This document shows positions 1-11,459 of a DNA stretch of 58,991 bases, piece after piece. The notes beneath the pieces were generated by a model, which was not told where the DNA came from, ran no database searches, and saw only the letters and a list, made by a program, of their open reading frames with translations. The DNA is from Craspedostauros australis (lineage: Eukaryota): the NCBI GenBank assembly GCA_030167865.1, contig JALAGF010003725.1:1-58991 (forward strand), in the 5' to 3' direction. Made by a program: the position numbers and the translations under genes. The stretch's first letter is position 1; every line of letters starts with the position of its first letter.

Positions 1-173
1 TCCGTGCTCATGTTGAGGGTGCGGAATGCCGGTGGGGATGAATGCACGCTGAGGCACGAGTGTGCCGATGGTGACGGTGTTGTGAATGCTGCCACCTGGG
101 TCGATGCTGAGGCAAGGAGGAGGAGAGCTACGAACTTCACTGGTCTTCTACCGACTGATGGTGAACGCATCAT
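1..173 (-). CDS. Partial gene (5' end only; continues off the left edge) for a plastid-targeted protein of unknown function
   Basis: Not in the ORF track because there is no stop inside the window. Minus-strand translation from ATG 173 (in-frame ATGs also at 170 and 200) gives MMRSPSVGRRPVKFVALLLLASASTQVAA-FTTPSPSAHSCLSVHSSPPAFRTLNMST: a hydrophobic signal peptide, an ASAFAP-like cleavage site (VAA|F) and a Ser/Thr-rich transit peptide. Confidence 0.7.
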   Translation of the reverse strand, partial: MMRSPSVGRRPVKFVALLLLASASTQVAAFTTPSPSAHSCLSVHSSPPAFRTLNMST

Positions 174-930
174 CTTGGTTGGGAGAAGACGGATCATCAT
201 GCTTTCCGTTGGATGGTGGGTCGGGTCCTCCTTCTATCTTGGTCGGGATATGGCCGTGTTGATCCTTCTTGATAGAGTACTTGCACTCACCAAGCTTGCT
301 GAATGGGTCGATCACTCGGTGTGCAAGGTTGCGATTAATCTCTTTTTTATGAGGAACCAACTTCTCTCCTCCACATGATGGTGCTTTGTCCACGTTCATT
401 CCAGCTTCCAGTGTGACACCAGACGAGATTGGTGCTCTTGATTGACGTCCCAACAAAACCCCAAACCCAACTCCATGTTCTTCAGGTTTATGTTGGACCA
501 ATGAAGAGGAGATCTTTTGATGACCCCAAAGTTGATTGTTGCTTGTGCTTTGGATATCTCTTTGCGCATCCTCATCCATGGTCAGGACTTCAACGTCATG
601 GTCACACAACGCCGTCATTGTTTGTGGATACTCGTACTCGGGCTCGTCCTCAGGTTGATTTTTGTCCCGTGCGGAAGATATGAAGACGATGATATGAAAG
701 GAAAACTGCATGCATTGCCATAAATGTCATAACTGCCGCGACTCCTGAGAAGATCGACGACACAGACAGACAATGAAACATGTCATTGTTCACAGACAGA
801 CATATTTGCATCGTCAGAAAGACAGACAAAGTAGTTCTTCAACATGAGGATTGTACGAGTAGTAGTACATGTTGGTATGCATGAATATAGTATTAGCAAG
901 TATGCCGCTGAATCGGACTTGCTTCGTTTC

Positions 931-3808
931 TTAAATCACGCGCTCGATGGACTGCAGCCTCTTTGCAATGTTGTTGATGGCACGTTTTGTGATCTCATCG
1001 ACGATATCATCGAGCCTCTTCCGTTCGTCGTCGCCCAAGTTCTCCACCGCTTCTGTCAGCTGCGTCTCCAACGATGTCGTGGCGTCGCCACCCTGCGACT
1101 GTGAGCCTCTGACGGTCGCCAACCCCGTCGCCGCGACCTGCAGGAAATTCTCTCTGGCCTCAGCACTGAAGATGTCAACGTCGCCAACGACGCCGGATCG
1201 CAATGCTCCCAAAAAGATCTCCGCGCTCTCCAAGCTGAGAACGTTCTCGCCGAGAATGAACTTGGCGACGCCTTCGCCAAAGAATTCTCTCGCCGCGTCG
1301 GACAAGCTGAGCGCAAAGAGTTCATCATCCTGGCTCAGCTTTGGTGCCGCGATATCCGTGAACTCCCTCAGCGTGAGAATGGCGAGGCTCGCCCGCTGCC
1401 CTTCCGTGGATCCTGGCAGCAGGATTGGCAAAGGCACTTCATCCATCTTGGGCGGCGTCGGGAAGATGTCGCCGAAGAAAGGCAGGGACGGTGGCCTGGG
1501 TGGAGTCAACGCCACGAAGGCCTCCGTGATGCCCTTGCGGAAGATCTGTCGCGTGAGGATGTCCACGATGGAATCCACCTCGGGTTCCAATAGCGTCCGC
1601 AAGCTTTCGGCCTGGTCGGACAGCAAGAATTTGAGGCTGTCCTTGAAGTCGATGCCATCATCGGGGATGGCATCCAGATCCACAAACGCTGCACCTTCCT
1701 GCGTCGCGACTTGTCCGGCCGCGTTGTTCAACAGTGCCAGCAGTCGAGAAAGCTTCAATCCCTGGTTCGATGCATCGTCGTTGCCAGAGTACAGAACCTC
1801 CTGCAAGGCCGACTGAATCTCCGGGCGGTCTTCTCGCAGCAATTTGCGTGCGATGAAAGGATACGATTCCATGATGATTCCGTAGCCTGGATCTCCTGTC
1901 AACGCGATTCCTTCCAGCGTCACGATGGCACGTCCCAGGATGGCCATGTAGGGTGGGATGGAGAACGGGATATCGTTCAGCACGGTGAGAGCGTCCTGCG
2001 TCATGGCCTGGAAGCCACCAACCTGCGACTGCATGGAGTCCTCCTCCATGCCGTAAAGCCGCTTCAACTCCTCTTCGTACTTCTTGGCGCCGCCGCCTTT
2101 GACGTACGGACTCAGCGCCTTGTCCATGAGCGGGATGATCGCGGGGCGGTTGCAATCTTCCGGCAGAATCTTGAGGTTGATGAAGTCGTTGACCAAGGAC
2201 GCGTAATCCTTGTTGGCGAGATGGATGACGGCGGAGATCATGTTGTCACGATCCTGGCTGTCGATGTTGGCCATCAGACCACAATCGATGAGCGCGACGA
2301 CGTGTCCCTCAGCGGTGGGCTCGTCGAGGAGGAGGAGGTTGCCCTGCGTAAGTTGATTCCGAGAGAAATTGAAACATAAATGACCAAGAGAAGGATGAGA
2401 AGGAGGTCGGAGGAATGGTCAGAAATGCGGAAGTCAAGGTGAGGTGAGGTGAGTGATGCGCGTGCTGAAATTGTCGGTTCATCCGCCGACGAAACCGTCA
2501 ATGGACGCACTGAAAGGAAGAGCGCGAGCAGCAAGAGCGATGTTGACAACACCATCCAGACGTTGCGCTCGAACGTACCGGATGCGGATCGGCATGGAAG
2601 AAGCCGGCTTCAAACAGCTGCGTGAGGAAGGCTTCTTGCGCCAACGGCGTAACGCGCGCGATCTCCTCGATGGAAGCCTGCGACAGCTTCTTGCCTTCCA
2701 CCCATTCGCTCACGAGGATGCGTCGTGTGCAGTATTCCTCGTAAACCTTGGGCACCATAACGCCCTCCATCTCCTTCTCGAGCAGGAGATTGCGCAGTTT
2801 GAGCTGATTCTGCGCTTCGTTGTTGAAGTCCAGCTCCGTGTAAAAGCCGATGGCCCACTCGTTGAGCAAGGCGATGTAGTTGGTCTTTTGCTGCGGCGCG
2901 AAACGTTCGATGAGTCCTTGGAAGACCTCGGCGGCACGGCGCAGGACGTAAAGGTCCTTGGAGACGGTGCCCAGGACGGATGGTCGCTGCACCTTGACGG
3001 CGACCTTGGTGTCGTTGCCGTCATTGAGAGTGGCGAGATATACTTGCGCCAAGCTGGCAGCGGCGACAGGCTCCTGCGAAATGGAGGTGAAGAACTGCCC
3101 CAGCGGTCCACCCAACTCGCGCTCGATCTGTTGCACGGCAATCTCCGTCTCAAACGCCACCACTGAGTCCTGCAGCTCCGCCAATTCATTCAACGTGGCC
3201 TGCGGCAGCACGTCCGGTCGCACCGAAAGCATCTGTCCCATCTTAATGAAGGTCGGGCCCAGATCCTGCAGATCCACCCTCGCCTGCTTGCTCAGCTGCG
3301 GAATCTCCTTCTCCTCGATCTTTCCATCCCTAATGAACAGGGTGGTGAGCTTGGTCAAGAAGGGCACCGCCTTCCCGACGAAGTACCCCCATCGCTTGTT
3401 CAGAGCACCGCGCTCTCGGCTCCAGTACTGCTGGATGAGATCCTTGTCGTAGACCAGGGGCAGGCCTTCCTCATCCAACTCCTGCTGCGTCTTGTCCAAC
3501 GCCACGTAGGTCTTGCCCACGTCCGGCGCCTCCAACCCTCTCATCGCGACGGCGGCGTTGACCGCGGCCGTGGCCATGGCGGCGGCGCTTGCCATTCCCG
3601 AACTGGCGATCTGATCGCGCATGGACGGCGATGCGTCGCTGTCGTCGGCCTTAATGGCGGATTCCGTCTTGACATCCTCCTTTTCAACCGTGGAATGCAG
3701 GACCTGCCATTGCTGTTGTCGCTGCGAAAGCGTTCTCTGTGGAACGAAGGCCGAGGCGTCCAAGTCCAGCAGACTCAGCACGGCGATCGTTGCGATGCTT
3801 GTTCTCAT
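931..3808 (-). CDS. ABC1/UbiB (ABC1K) atypical protein kinase, plastid-targeted, ~880 aa, 2 exons
   Basis: complement(join(931..2343,2579..3808)); intron 2344..2578 GTACGT...CGCAG in phase 0 joins FFHADPHP|GNLLL. ABC1 motifs: LGPTFIKMGQMLSVRPD, LAELQD, AAASLAQVY, VAVKVQRP, ELDF..EA.N, HADPHPGN, IDCGLM, IPPYMAILGRAIVTLEG. N-terminus ...DASA|FVP is a bipartite plastid-targeting signal. Confidence 0.95.
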
Positions 3809-3937
3809 CGTGGTTTTTGTTCTTCGCTGTGCTGATTTGCTCTGCTTGTTTGCTCTGCTTGTTTGCTCTGCCTTGATCTATTTCTTGTTTGTTGGCCAAC
3901 TTGTGAGGCGATCATGCAATGTTGTGCAAGAAGATGA

Positions 3938-3986
3938 AGAGCGCAAAGCAGAACGAGAGCGCAAAGCAGAACGAGAGAGCAAAGCG
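3938..3986. repeat. 18-bp tandem repeat (AGAGCGCAAAGCAGAACG) x~2.7 upstream of ABC1K
   Basis: Read directly from the sequence; third copy is degenerate. Confidence 0.85.
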
Positions 3987-4539
3987 AATGAACACAGAAA
4001 GATGCACCAAGAAAGAAGGAGAGGGAGAGAGTCTCAAGTTGTGCAACGTGGATTGGCATCCGCCTCCTCGTTCCAACTTGACCATCGTCATCAACTTCGT
4101 CATTCGTTTCGCGATTACGATTCCTTCGTCATGAGAAGAATCATGTGTCAATCCCACAGACGTGGCATCGAGATGTTTTAGTCGTTCTAGTCGTAGAGAA
4201 TCTCCAAATGCAGACATGCAACTGTATTAGCACTCTCTAATAGAGAGAGGGGGAGGGATGGCGAGTTTCGTACTGGCTATGATGATTGCATTCTATTGTA
4301 TTTCAATATTGAATTCTATTGTTCTATTCTATTATATTCTGGTGCGTGTATTCTATATTCTATGGTCTATGTGGTGGTGCTTGGTGTGTTGTATGGTTGC
4401 TGTATTTGTGTTGGTGTTGGTGGTCGGTTATGATCGGGGTGACTTCCGTGTGTGCGAAAAAGTGGGTGTGGAGGGGTGGGAGGATGTACTATACCTATGA
4501 GGACTCACGATAGTCCTTGTTGTACTGGGGCGCATTTGC

Positions 4540-5496
4540 TTATGCCATGACGCTGTCATCCGAAGATTGAAGACGAGCCATGAAGAGGTCGGTCATGCGG
4601 TTGCCGCCCTGAAGCTTCGCAGACTTCACGATGCTGGACACATCCTTGTCCCAGATCTCTTCGTAAGACTTGATCAGTCCGGACATTGGGCAGCGCTTCA
4701 TGACGACGGTTCCGCTCAGGAAGCACTTGGGCGAGAATGGACCGCGGAATGTCAGGTCCTCCTCGAAGCGGAAGGTCACGGCGTGCTTGGTCACCGAAAG
4801 GGTGTCGTCGACAAGTCGCGACTCGCATTCGGATGCATCGAAGAGCATGCGGCAGCCGCGGATCCATTGCTCGAGGTAGTACTTGCCGTCGAGGTCGGAT
4901 CCGTCCTTGAAGGTGGCCTGCTCGTCGTAGACAGATCTGGTGATGTCGGCGGTGACGAGCGACTTTTTGTTGACGATGTCGTTGGTGAGGATCTGCGCGA
5001 GCTGCTCGTCTGGGAGGTTGAGCTGCTTGTGCTCCGTTCTGCAGGTGGCGACAACGGCCAGGGCGGCCATCGACTGCATCCATGCACGTCGGCTCGTTGA
5101 TGTTGATGGGGTTGAATGAGTTTTGGCGGCGGCGTGCTGATATTCACCGAGCTTCTTGGTGGCAGTGCTCCACAGGGGATCGACCAGCGTGGCTGGATTC
5201 ACTGTGTGCTGTGATGTGTATTGCGGTGCGTTGGATGAGAGGGTTTGTCCGGCGTTCCGAAGGAATCCAAAACGGGATGTTGGAGCTTCCTTCGTCTCGA
5301 GGGAGGAGACGAAGAGCTGGGTGTTGGTTGTGGCAGCCGTTGCGGCTGGTTGTCTCGCGGTGAATGCGTGCACTTGGTTGTTGGCACATGGTGTCGCGAG
5401 GACGATGAGTCCAAGGAGGAGGGAGAGCTTGACGCCGGATGTGATTGGCTTGTTGTTGCGGATGTTGTTGTTGTTGTTGTTGTTGTTCATCATCAT
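4540..5496 (-). CDS. DUF2358/SnoaL (NTF2-like) family protein, plastid-targeted, ~318 aa
   Basis: Likely start is MMMNNN at 5496 rather than the ORF-track start at 5913, which is low-complexity UTR. Signal peptide LSLLLGLIVLA...VHA|FTA. The C-terminal domain LVTADITRSVYDEQATFKD...LFD...LSGT......SGLIKSYEEIWD resembles DUF2358. Confidence 0.75.
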   Translation of the reverse strand: MMMNNNNNNNNIRNNKPITSGVKLSLLLGLIVLATPCANNQVHAFTARQPAATAATTNTQLFVSSLETKEAPTSRFGFLRNAGQTLSSNAPQYTSQHTVNPATLVDPLWSTATKKLGEYQHAAAKTHSTPSTSTSRRAWMQSMAALAVVATCRTEHKQLNLPDEQLAQILTNDIVNKKSLVTADITRSVYDEQATFKDGSDLDGKYYLEQWIRGCRMLFDASECESRLVDDTLSVTKHAVTFRFEEDLTFRGPFSPKCFLSGTVVMKRCPMSGLIKSYEEIWDKDVSSIVKSAKLQGGNRMTDLFMARLQSSDDSVMA

Positions 5497-5764
5497 GATT
5501 GTTTTGGGTGTGTTGTTTGCGTTGTTTGGTTTTGAGGTGTGTTGTGCCGTTATTGTGCTGGGTAGGAATGCTCTTGATATGGTATTATAGGATGTTGGGT
5601 TCTGAGTGTTGATCTTCGTGTTGCTTTGTGTTTTTCGTTGTTGTGTTGTGGAATAGTTGCGTCGCTTTTGATTTTGTGAGGAGATGGATGAGCATGTCTG
5701 GCTGTCGGAAGACTTCACGCACTCGCGCACCCATTCACAGCTCGTCCTCGTAGAGCGCGCGCAT

Positions 5765-5791
5765 AGAGAGAGGGAGAGAGAGAGAGAGAGA
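5765..5791. repeat. (AG)n microsatellite
   Basis: About 13 AG units with one interruption. Similar (AG)/(CT) tracts lie near 26788, 38361, 54647, 56175 and 58186. Confidence 0.9.
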
Positions 5792-7992
5792 AGATCGACA
5801 CGTCGACCATACGCACAGTACACTCGGATGGAATGGCATGCAATGTATTCGTTGTTGTTGTTGTTCTTGTCATTTGCATTCACAACAACGTCACTGGTTT
5901 GATGAAAACGCATTTATCACCCCGTTTCATCCAAAGACACATGGAGGAGGGTTGTGTCGAGCCCGAAAAATGAAGGAGTGGTCTAGCTGGTTCGAGACGT
6001 GAGGGGCTCACCAGTTGAGGACACCGTCGATCATTTCGTCAATGGTAAACACAAGTGTGGCATCTCCCTCTGTCACACTCTGGCTCCGACTTCCATTGGA
6101 ACACTGTCGATGACGTCGGCAGCGATCTGCAACGGCGAATGGCGAAAGGCTGATCGTGTGTGGTGAATGATGCAAATGTTCATACAGTCACATTGGTATG
6201 ACGTTTTTGATCCAAAGTGAGATGAGTCGCAGAGATGGGAAATGCATATAGCATCTGGCGACATCCCACCCAGTCACAAAGTGCTCTCCATCGACGACGA
6301 CGACGACGACAACACCGAAATGACTGGTTACTTGAAGTTGTATTGGCGGACCAGTCCACAGGCCGCACAACATCGTTTGCCTCATGTCCAAACGATGGAC
6401 ATGTGCACGTCTCGTTGCTTCCCATCTCTCATAGATACTGGAAGGATTGGAATGATATCATTGTACCGGTGGCATACAACCCAGTTGTCCAGCAGACTTT
6501 GCTGTCGCCGAATGTATGCGCGAGAGAGAAAGACATCTCGGCCGATTTGCTGACCGTTCAATGTCGTGAGCCCAGCTTCCTTCGACAAAAACGGCTTTGG
6601 ATTGGGATTGAGCTTGAGGCCTTGCCCCACAAGGTGATGCTCCCATTCATCATCATGGCCGTTCGGAGTCGTTGCAAAGCTGGTTCTTCCTGCTCATTTT
6701 GCGACGAGAGCGGCATGGTGCCTGGTCGTCCTCTCCTCACTTTAGGGCGGGTTTGCTCTTTGACCTCGCGTGCACGGATGCAGACGTGCCAATGACGGTG
6801 GCAACCCCGTCATCTGACCAGTGCCGATGTCACATGTCAGAATGCGTGTGTTGGCTTGCTTCCCCACACGATGGTACCATGCTGCAGTACATAGTAACAG
6901 CGCAGCTACTGGTGCTGCAATCGGCTTGGCCATCTCAGCCATGGATGGCGATTCAACCAGGCACAGAGCAGATGAAGATGACGATGAAGATGAACGACTG
7001 GGCCTGATCATCTTCGGAGGTGTTGCTGAGTGGCGTGGTGCGAACATGTTGTGATGGGTGGTTCGCCATCGTCTCTGTGTTTGTTGTTGCATGTTTTGGT
7101 TGCTGATGTCACTGTTTCTCGCCAAAGTCACAGATGGCCGGCGAAGTTCGCACCGAGAACCTTCGACTAGATTGACTCACTCTTCGCGACATTGTTGGCG
7201 GGATCGAAGTGGGAACCACGAAGCTCCAGCGTCCAACACGACAACACATGATGCTGCAGAATCTGTTGTACTGTATTGGTTCTTGATATTTCAAACTCTG
7301 TTGATAACGTCTTTTCAACGCATACGTTTTGCGATTTGGCGAGAAGGCAAGCGCACATGTATTTGTCGCATACGACATGATATGTCGATGATCGAGTAAC
7401 AACGGTTGGATATCATATCTGATAACTACATATCTGAATAAAATCAATGCACAACGAACGTCGACAAGAACCAAAATGTGTGACCTTGCTGGTTGTGTTG
7501 TGATTGTTGCCGTTGTTGTTTTTGTTCTGTGTCGTTGATGTGGACCTTGCGGCAACGTTTTCGAGACACACGACAAACGCAACCTCCGAAGAGTGGCGGA
7601 CGCTTCTGCATTAGACTATACGTCGAGCTTTCCTCTTCGCTGCATTGCATGTTATTCCATGACGATCGCACTCTGTGAAGACTTGAAACCAGAACAACGA
7701 ATCAAAGTCACCAACAAAGTCACCAACAAAGACAACTCCACCATCAACCCGATCCACATTTCGGCTCTTTTGGATTCGAGGACCGACAGCGACTCATCAA
7801 GCCACATCCATCACCTTCATTGCAACTGTGATCGCCATCTTGACAATCGACACTGAGAATCACCGATCGGAGGAGGAAGAGGACGAAGAAACAGAGCAAT
7901 ACAAGCGACACTTGCACCAGCAAAAGCAGAAGCAGAGGCAGCACTGCCAAGCACTAGCGAAGAACTAGCGAAGACAACAGCACACGGACACG

Positions 7993-10885
7993 ATGGGAGC
8001 CTCGGCGTCTCGCGAGAAGTTCCGCGAATCCGTCAGCGCGCTGATCGAGGTCGACGTGAGCCCGGATGATGCCGATTTCTGGGACGAGCTGTGGAAGATC
8101 CCGAGCAGTTCGGAGGAGGTCTTTGAGCTCATCCCACCATCTGCAGCCAGAAAGCTGCGCGACGAACGCTTCGAGAACCTCGCCACGTTGTTCACGCAGG
8201 CGACGGCGCAGCTTTGCCAGATCGTGGAGACACCGTACAACATCTACTTCGACCAGGCGCTGAACTGCGTGCGAGTGCTCACGCGCATCTTGCCGTTCCT
8301 CTTGGAGAAAGGTGCGTTGCGATGCTATTGCAATACATGCACATATCATGTCGAATGGGTAATCACAGCATGCGTTGATGTCTGGTATCTGTCTGGTCAT
8401 GCCATGCTTGAATTTGACAAACGACTGCTCACTCTGTCTCTCTTCTTCTTCCTCTCACATGGCATACAATGCTTCTGGTTCTACTACTTGCACTTCGTGG
8501 TGCCTCAATTGCCGATCGTATCACAACCGTATTCGTATGTACGCATGCACAATCGCAGGAGACTTGGGTGATGCGGATGACAACGTCGAACAGCTGTGCT
8601 GGGGAACCGCTGCCACAATTCCTGGCGACGAGAAGATCGGTCTGATGGTGGGTGCTGGTACGCACGGTGAAAACGATCAGTCCACGATCCCAACGCATGC
8701 CAGCGGCAGAGCTGAAGACGAGCAGGAACCGCTTGCTCTGCTCGTCGTCCATGCCGCCATGCACATGCTCTTCCTGCCACAATTCACTTGCGACTTCTAC
8801 GAGGACAACAAGGAGGGAGGCCTCACCAGCAAACGCAAGGGAGCGGACTCCAAGGATGATCGGGAGCTCAAGAGCGAGGCTGGCTTGAAGAACCGCCAGA
8901 TCGATGCCGGCGTCAACCTCGTGCCGAGACCGGCATCCATCGTGTGGGCAGCTGGAACAGGTGTGCGTGTCAACCAACGAGGATTTGATGCCTCGAGTCG
9001 CAAGTACGACAAGAACCGAATCGAGGTGCTCCGACTCATGCTCACCGCGTGCTGCGACCCGCTCTTCAGCCCAGCGGACGAGTACAATCCTTTGGCGTCC
9101 CGATGGCTGGCAGTCGCTACGGCAGCAGATGCGCCCAACGCGATCTGCCTGTTCTACTCGCTCGTCAACACAATTTTGGGATTCGATCCTTCCGCGTACA
9201 ACTCCGTGTCATACTCAACAGGCTTCGGTGACAACCACGTTAAGGTGGTCGAACTGTCTGCGCAGGTGCTGTGCGTTCTGTTGGATTGCGGACTTCCGGG
9301 ATCGCCGGAACCGATCCTTGACAAGAGCAAGGATCCCGTCATCGACTTTCCAACGGCCAGCAAGGGTGGTTTCAACATCCTCAGGACGCTGCTGGCACGA
9401 ATGGACACTTCGGAGGAGCTCACATTCATCTTCAATGGATTTGCCAGGCTGCTTCGCAACGTGTACGAAAGCCAATCGGCGTACCTGCCGAACTCCTCGC
9501 CCAAGCTGGGCTGCTTCCAGGAGCTCCTCGTCCTCCTTTGGAAGTTCCTTGAGGAGAATCCGCTGTTCATGAAGCACATCCTGACCAAATGCAACGTCAA
9601 CGAGCTGGTCGTCCCGATCTGCTACCTCATGTACCAATCCAGACGTGATCCAGCGCAGATCGGACTCGTCCACATTTGCACATTCTGCTTGCTCAAGCTC
9701 AGCGGCGAGCGATCATTCGGCGTCTCGCTCAACAAGGCATTCACAAAGAAGCTGCCAACGGATCTTCCGCTCTTCACCGGTGGTCATGCCGATCTGCTGG
9801 CCATCACCCTGCACAAGCTCATCGTCAACGGTGCCTACAAGCTGGTGCCATTGTACAGCTGTTTCCTGACCATCATCTGCAACATATCGCCATACTGGCG
9901 TTCCATGAGCCTGGTGGCCGCCGTCAAGTTGGTGAACCTCTTCGAGCTGTTCTCGTCTCCGAAGTTCCTGTACAGCGGCGAGAATGCCCACAGACACCTC
10001 GCCTTGCTTCTCGAGGTTTTCAACAACATCATCCAATACCAATACCATGGCAACACGCATCTCGTGTACGCCATCATTCGAAGGAAGGTAAGAAGCCGAA
10101 TACGACACGATTGCTTGTGCCTGCATGGGCGTTCCGTCATCACGATTACTGAAGTGCCTTGATATAGTGGATGCCACAACCACAGGAGACTGCATGCGTA
10201 CTCTATGTATGGTACAACAACAACTCACCCCACCTTTTGCGTATGGCATTCTGGTTTGCTTCATTCACTCACTTTCCATGTGCTCTCCAATTGATTTCCA
10301 TATTCTTCCATGTTGCATCGATCAATGCAGGATTCATTCGGACGTCTGGCGTCCATAACGTTGAAGCGGGCCCAAGAACAGTGCCACAAGGTGTACGGCG
10401 ATCACACAGCCGTGCAATACGATGCCGACAGAGCACGCGCCAAGAGCAACATGGACCCCAACGGTATCCCAAACGCAGGCAGCGCACTCATGGGGGGCAC
10501 AGAGAACATGATGTCCGCGGAAGGCGCCGCCTTCCAACCCACCGAGCCCTGGATGGCCGAACTGAAAGCTAGCCTGCCGATGGAGACAGTCACCCGACTG
10601 CTGCAGCACCTCGTCCCGGTCGTTGATGAAATCGTGGCCAAGAAGCAAGGCATCGTGGACGAGCAAGAGATCCTGGCCGTCCTCAACGAGATGACTATGG
10701 TCGGTCTGCTGCCTGTCCCTCACGCCATCGTCATCCGCAAGTACCAGCCAAACCAGTACACGGCGCTGTGGTTCACGGCCTTCATGTGGGGTGTGATCTT
10801 CTTGCGCAACCAGCATCTGCCGATGTTCGATGGACAATGCATCGAATTGTTCCAAGTCAGCGTGCAGGAGGAAGATGATGATTAA
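7993..10885 (+). CDS. HID1: HID1 family (Dymeclin/HID1) Golgi/TGN peripheral membrane protein, ~800 aa, 3 exons
   Basis: join(7993..8311,8559..10087,10331..10885); introns 8312..8558 (GTGCGT..CGCAG) and 10088..10330 (GTAAGA..TGCAG) keep the frame. N-myristoylation-type start MGASAS. Motifs FWDELW, ALNCVRVLTRILPFLLE, MLFLPQFT, IGLVHICTFCLLKLSGERSFGVSLN, FNNIIQYQY.GNTHLVYAIIR, VGLLPVPHAIVIRKYQ, WGVIFLRN. Confidence 0.95.
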
Positions 10886-11459
10886 ACGAAACGATTCCAG
10901 CACGCACGAATACTCGTACGGTAACAGTCACTGCCGTCCGAGTAGCAATGACGGCAAAGCCAGAAGTCACAACAGCAAGGATGAAGCCGGTTCGAGTCGG
11001 CTCATCCAACAGCGCGAAGAGCTGGTCATCATATCCTTCTCTCTGTCGGCAAAAGGAGCCAGCCAGCCAACCAATGAAAAAGTAATAAATTGAAAGCCCA
11101 AGCTGCTGCAGAATCAAAGCATGAAGCAAGCAATGCAATGGAACACGACACGATGCACAGCTAGGGCCATGTATGTAGTGTACGGTTATACTCTTTTCCA
11201 CTATCCCAGCTCCTGCACTCTTGGCGACAATAACGTGATGAGACACAACCCAACCTCAACAATGCAATGATTCAACGAAGACATGTTTGTTTGTCAATGT
11301 TGCAGTGTGCACAGAAAAACTGAAGTATGATACATCGACAAATTATGTATTATATTTGACTATTACTCTCAAGATGCCAGGGTGGCATCCAATCTCTTGC
11401 TGGAGACTTGCGCTCTCGGTCTCTTCGCGTCACAGCGCCACTGCCTTGCATTCTCGGTC

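Noticed and set aside
148-711. 187-aa minus-strand ORF
   Set aside because: No recognisable motif. It overlaps the start of the better-supported plastid gene in another frame and is probably intergenic/UTR.
5972-6050. tRNA-like D-arm/A-box (TGGTCTAGCTGGTTCGAGAC)
   Set aside because: No proper anticodon arm, T-arm (GTTCRA at the right spacing) or acceptor stem. tRNAscan-SE would settle it.
8312-8558. TG/CA-rich introns as a CpG-methylation/deamination signature
   Set aside because: A hand count gives about 12 CG in this 247-bp intron, near expectation, so CpG is not clearly depleted.
10986-11003. Hairpin AGCCG-GTTCGAGT-CGGCT resembling a tRNA T-arm
   Set aside because: Wrong loop geometry and no remaining cloverleaf; it lies in the HID1 3' flank.
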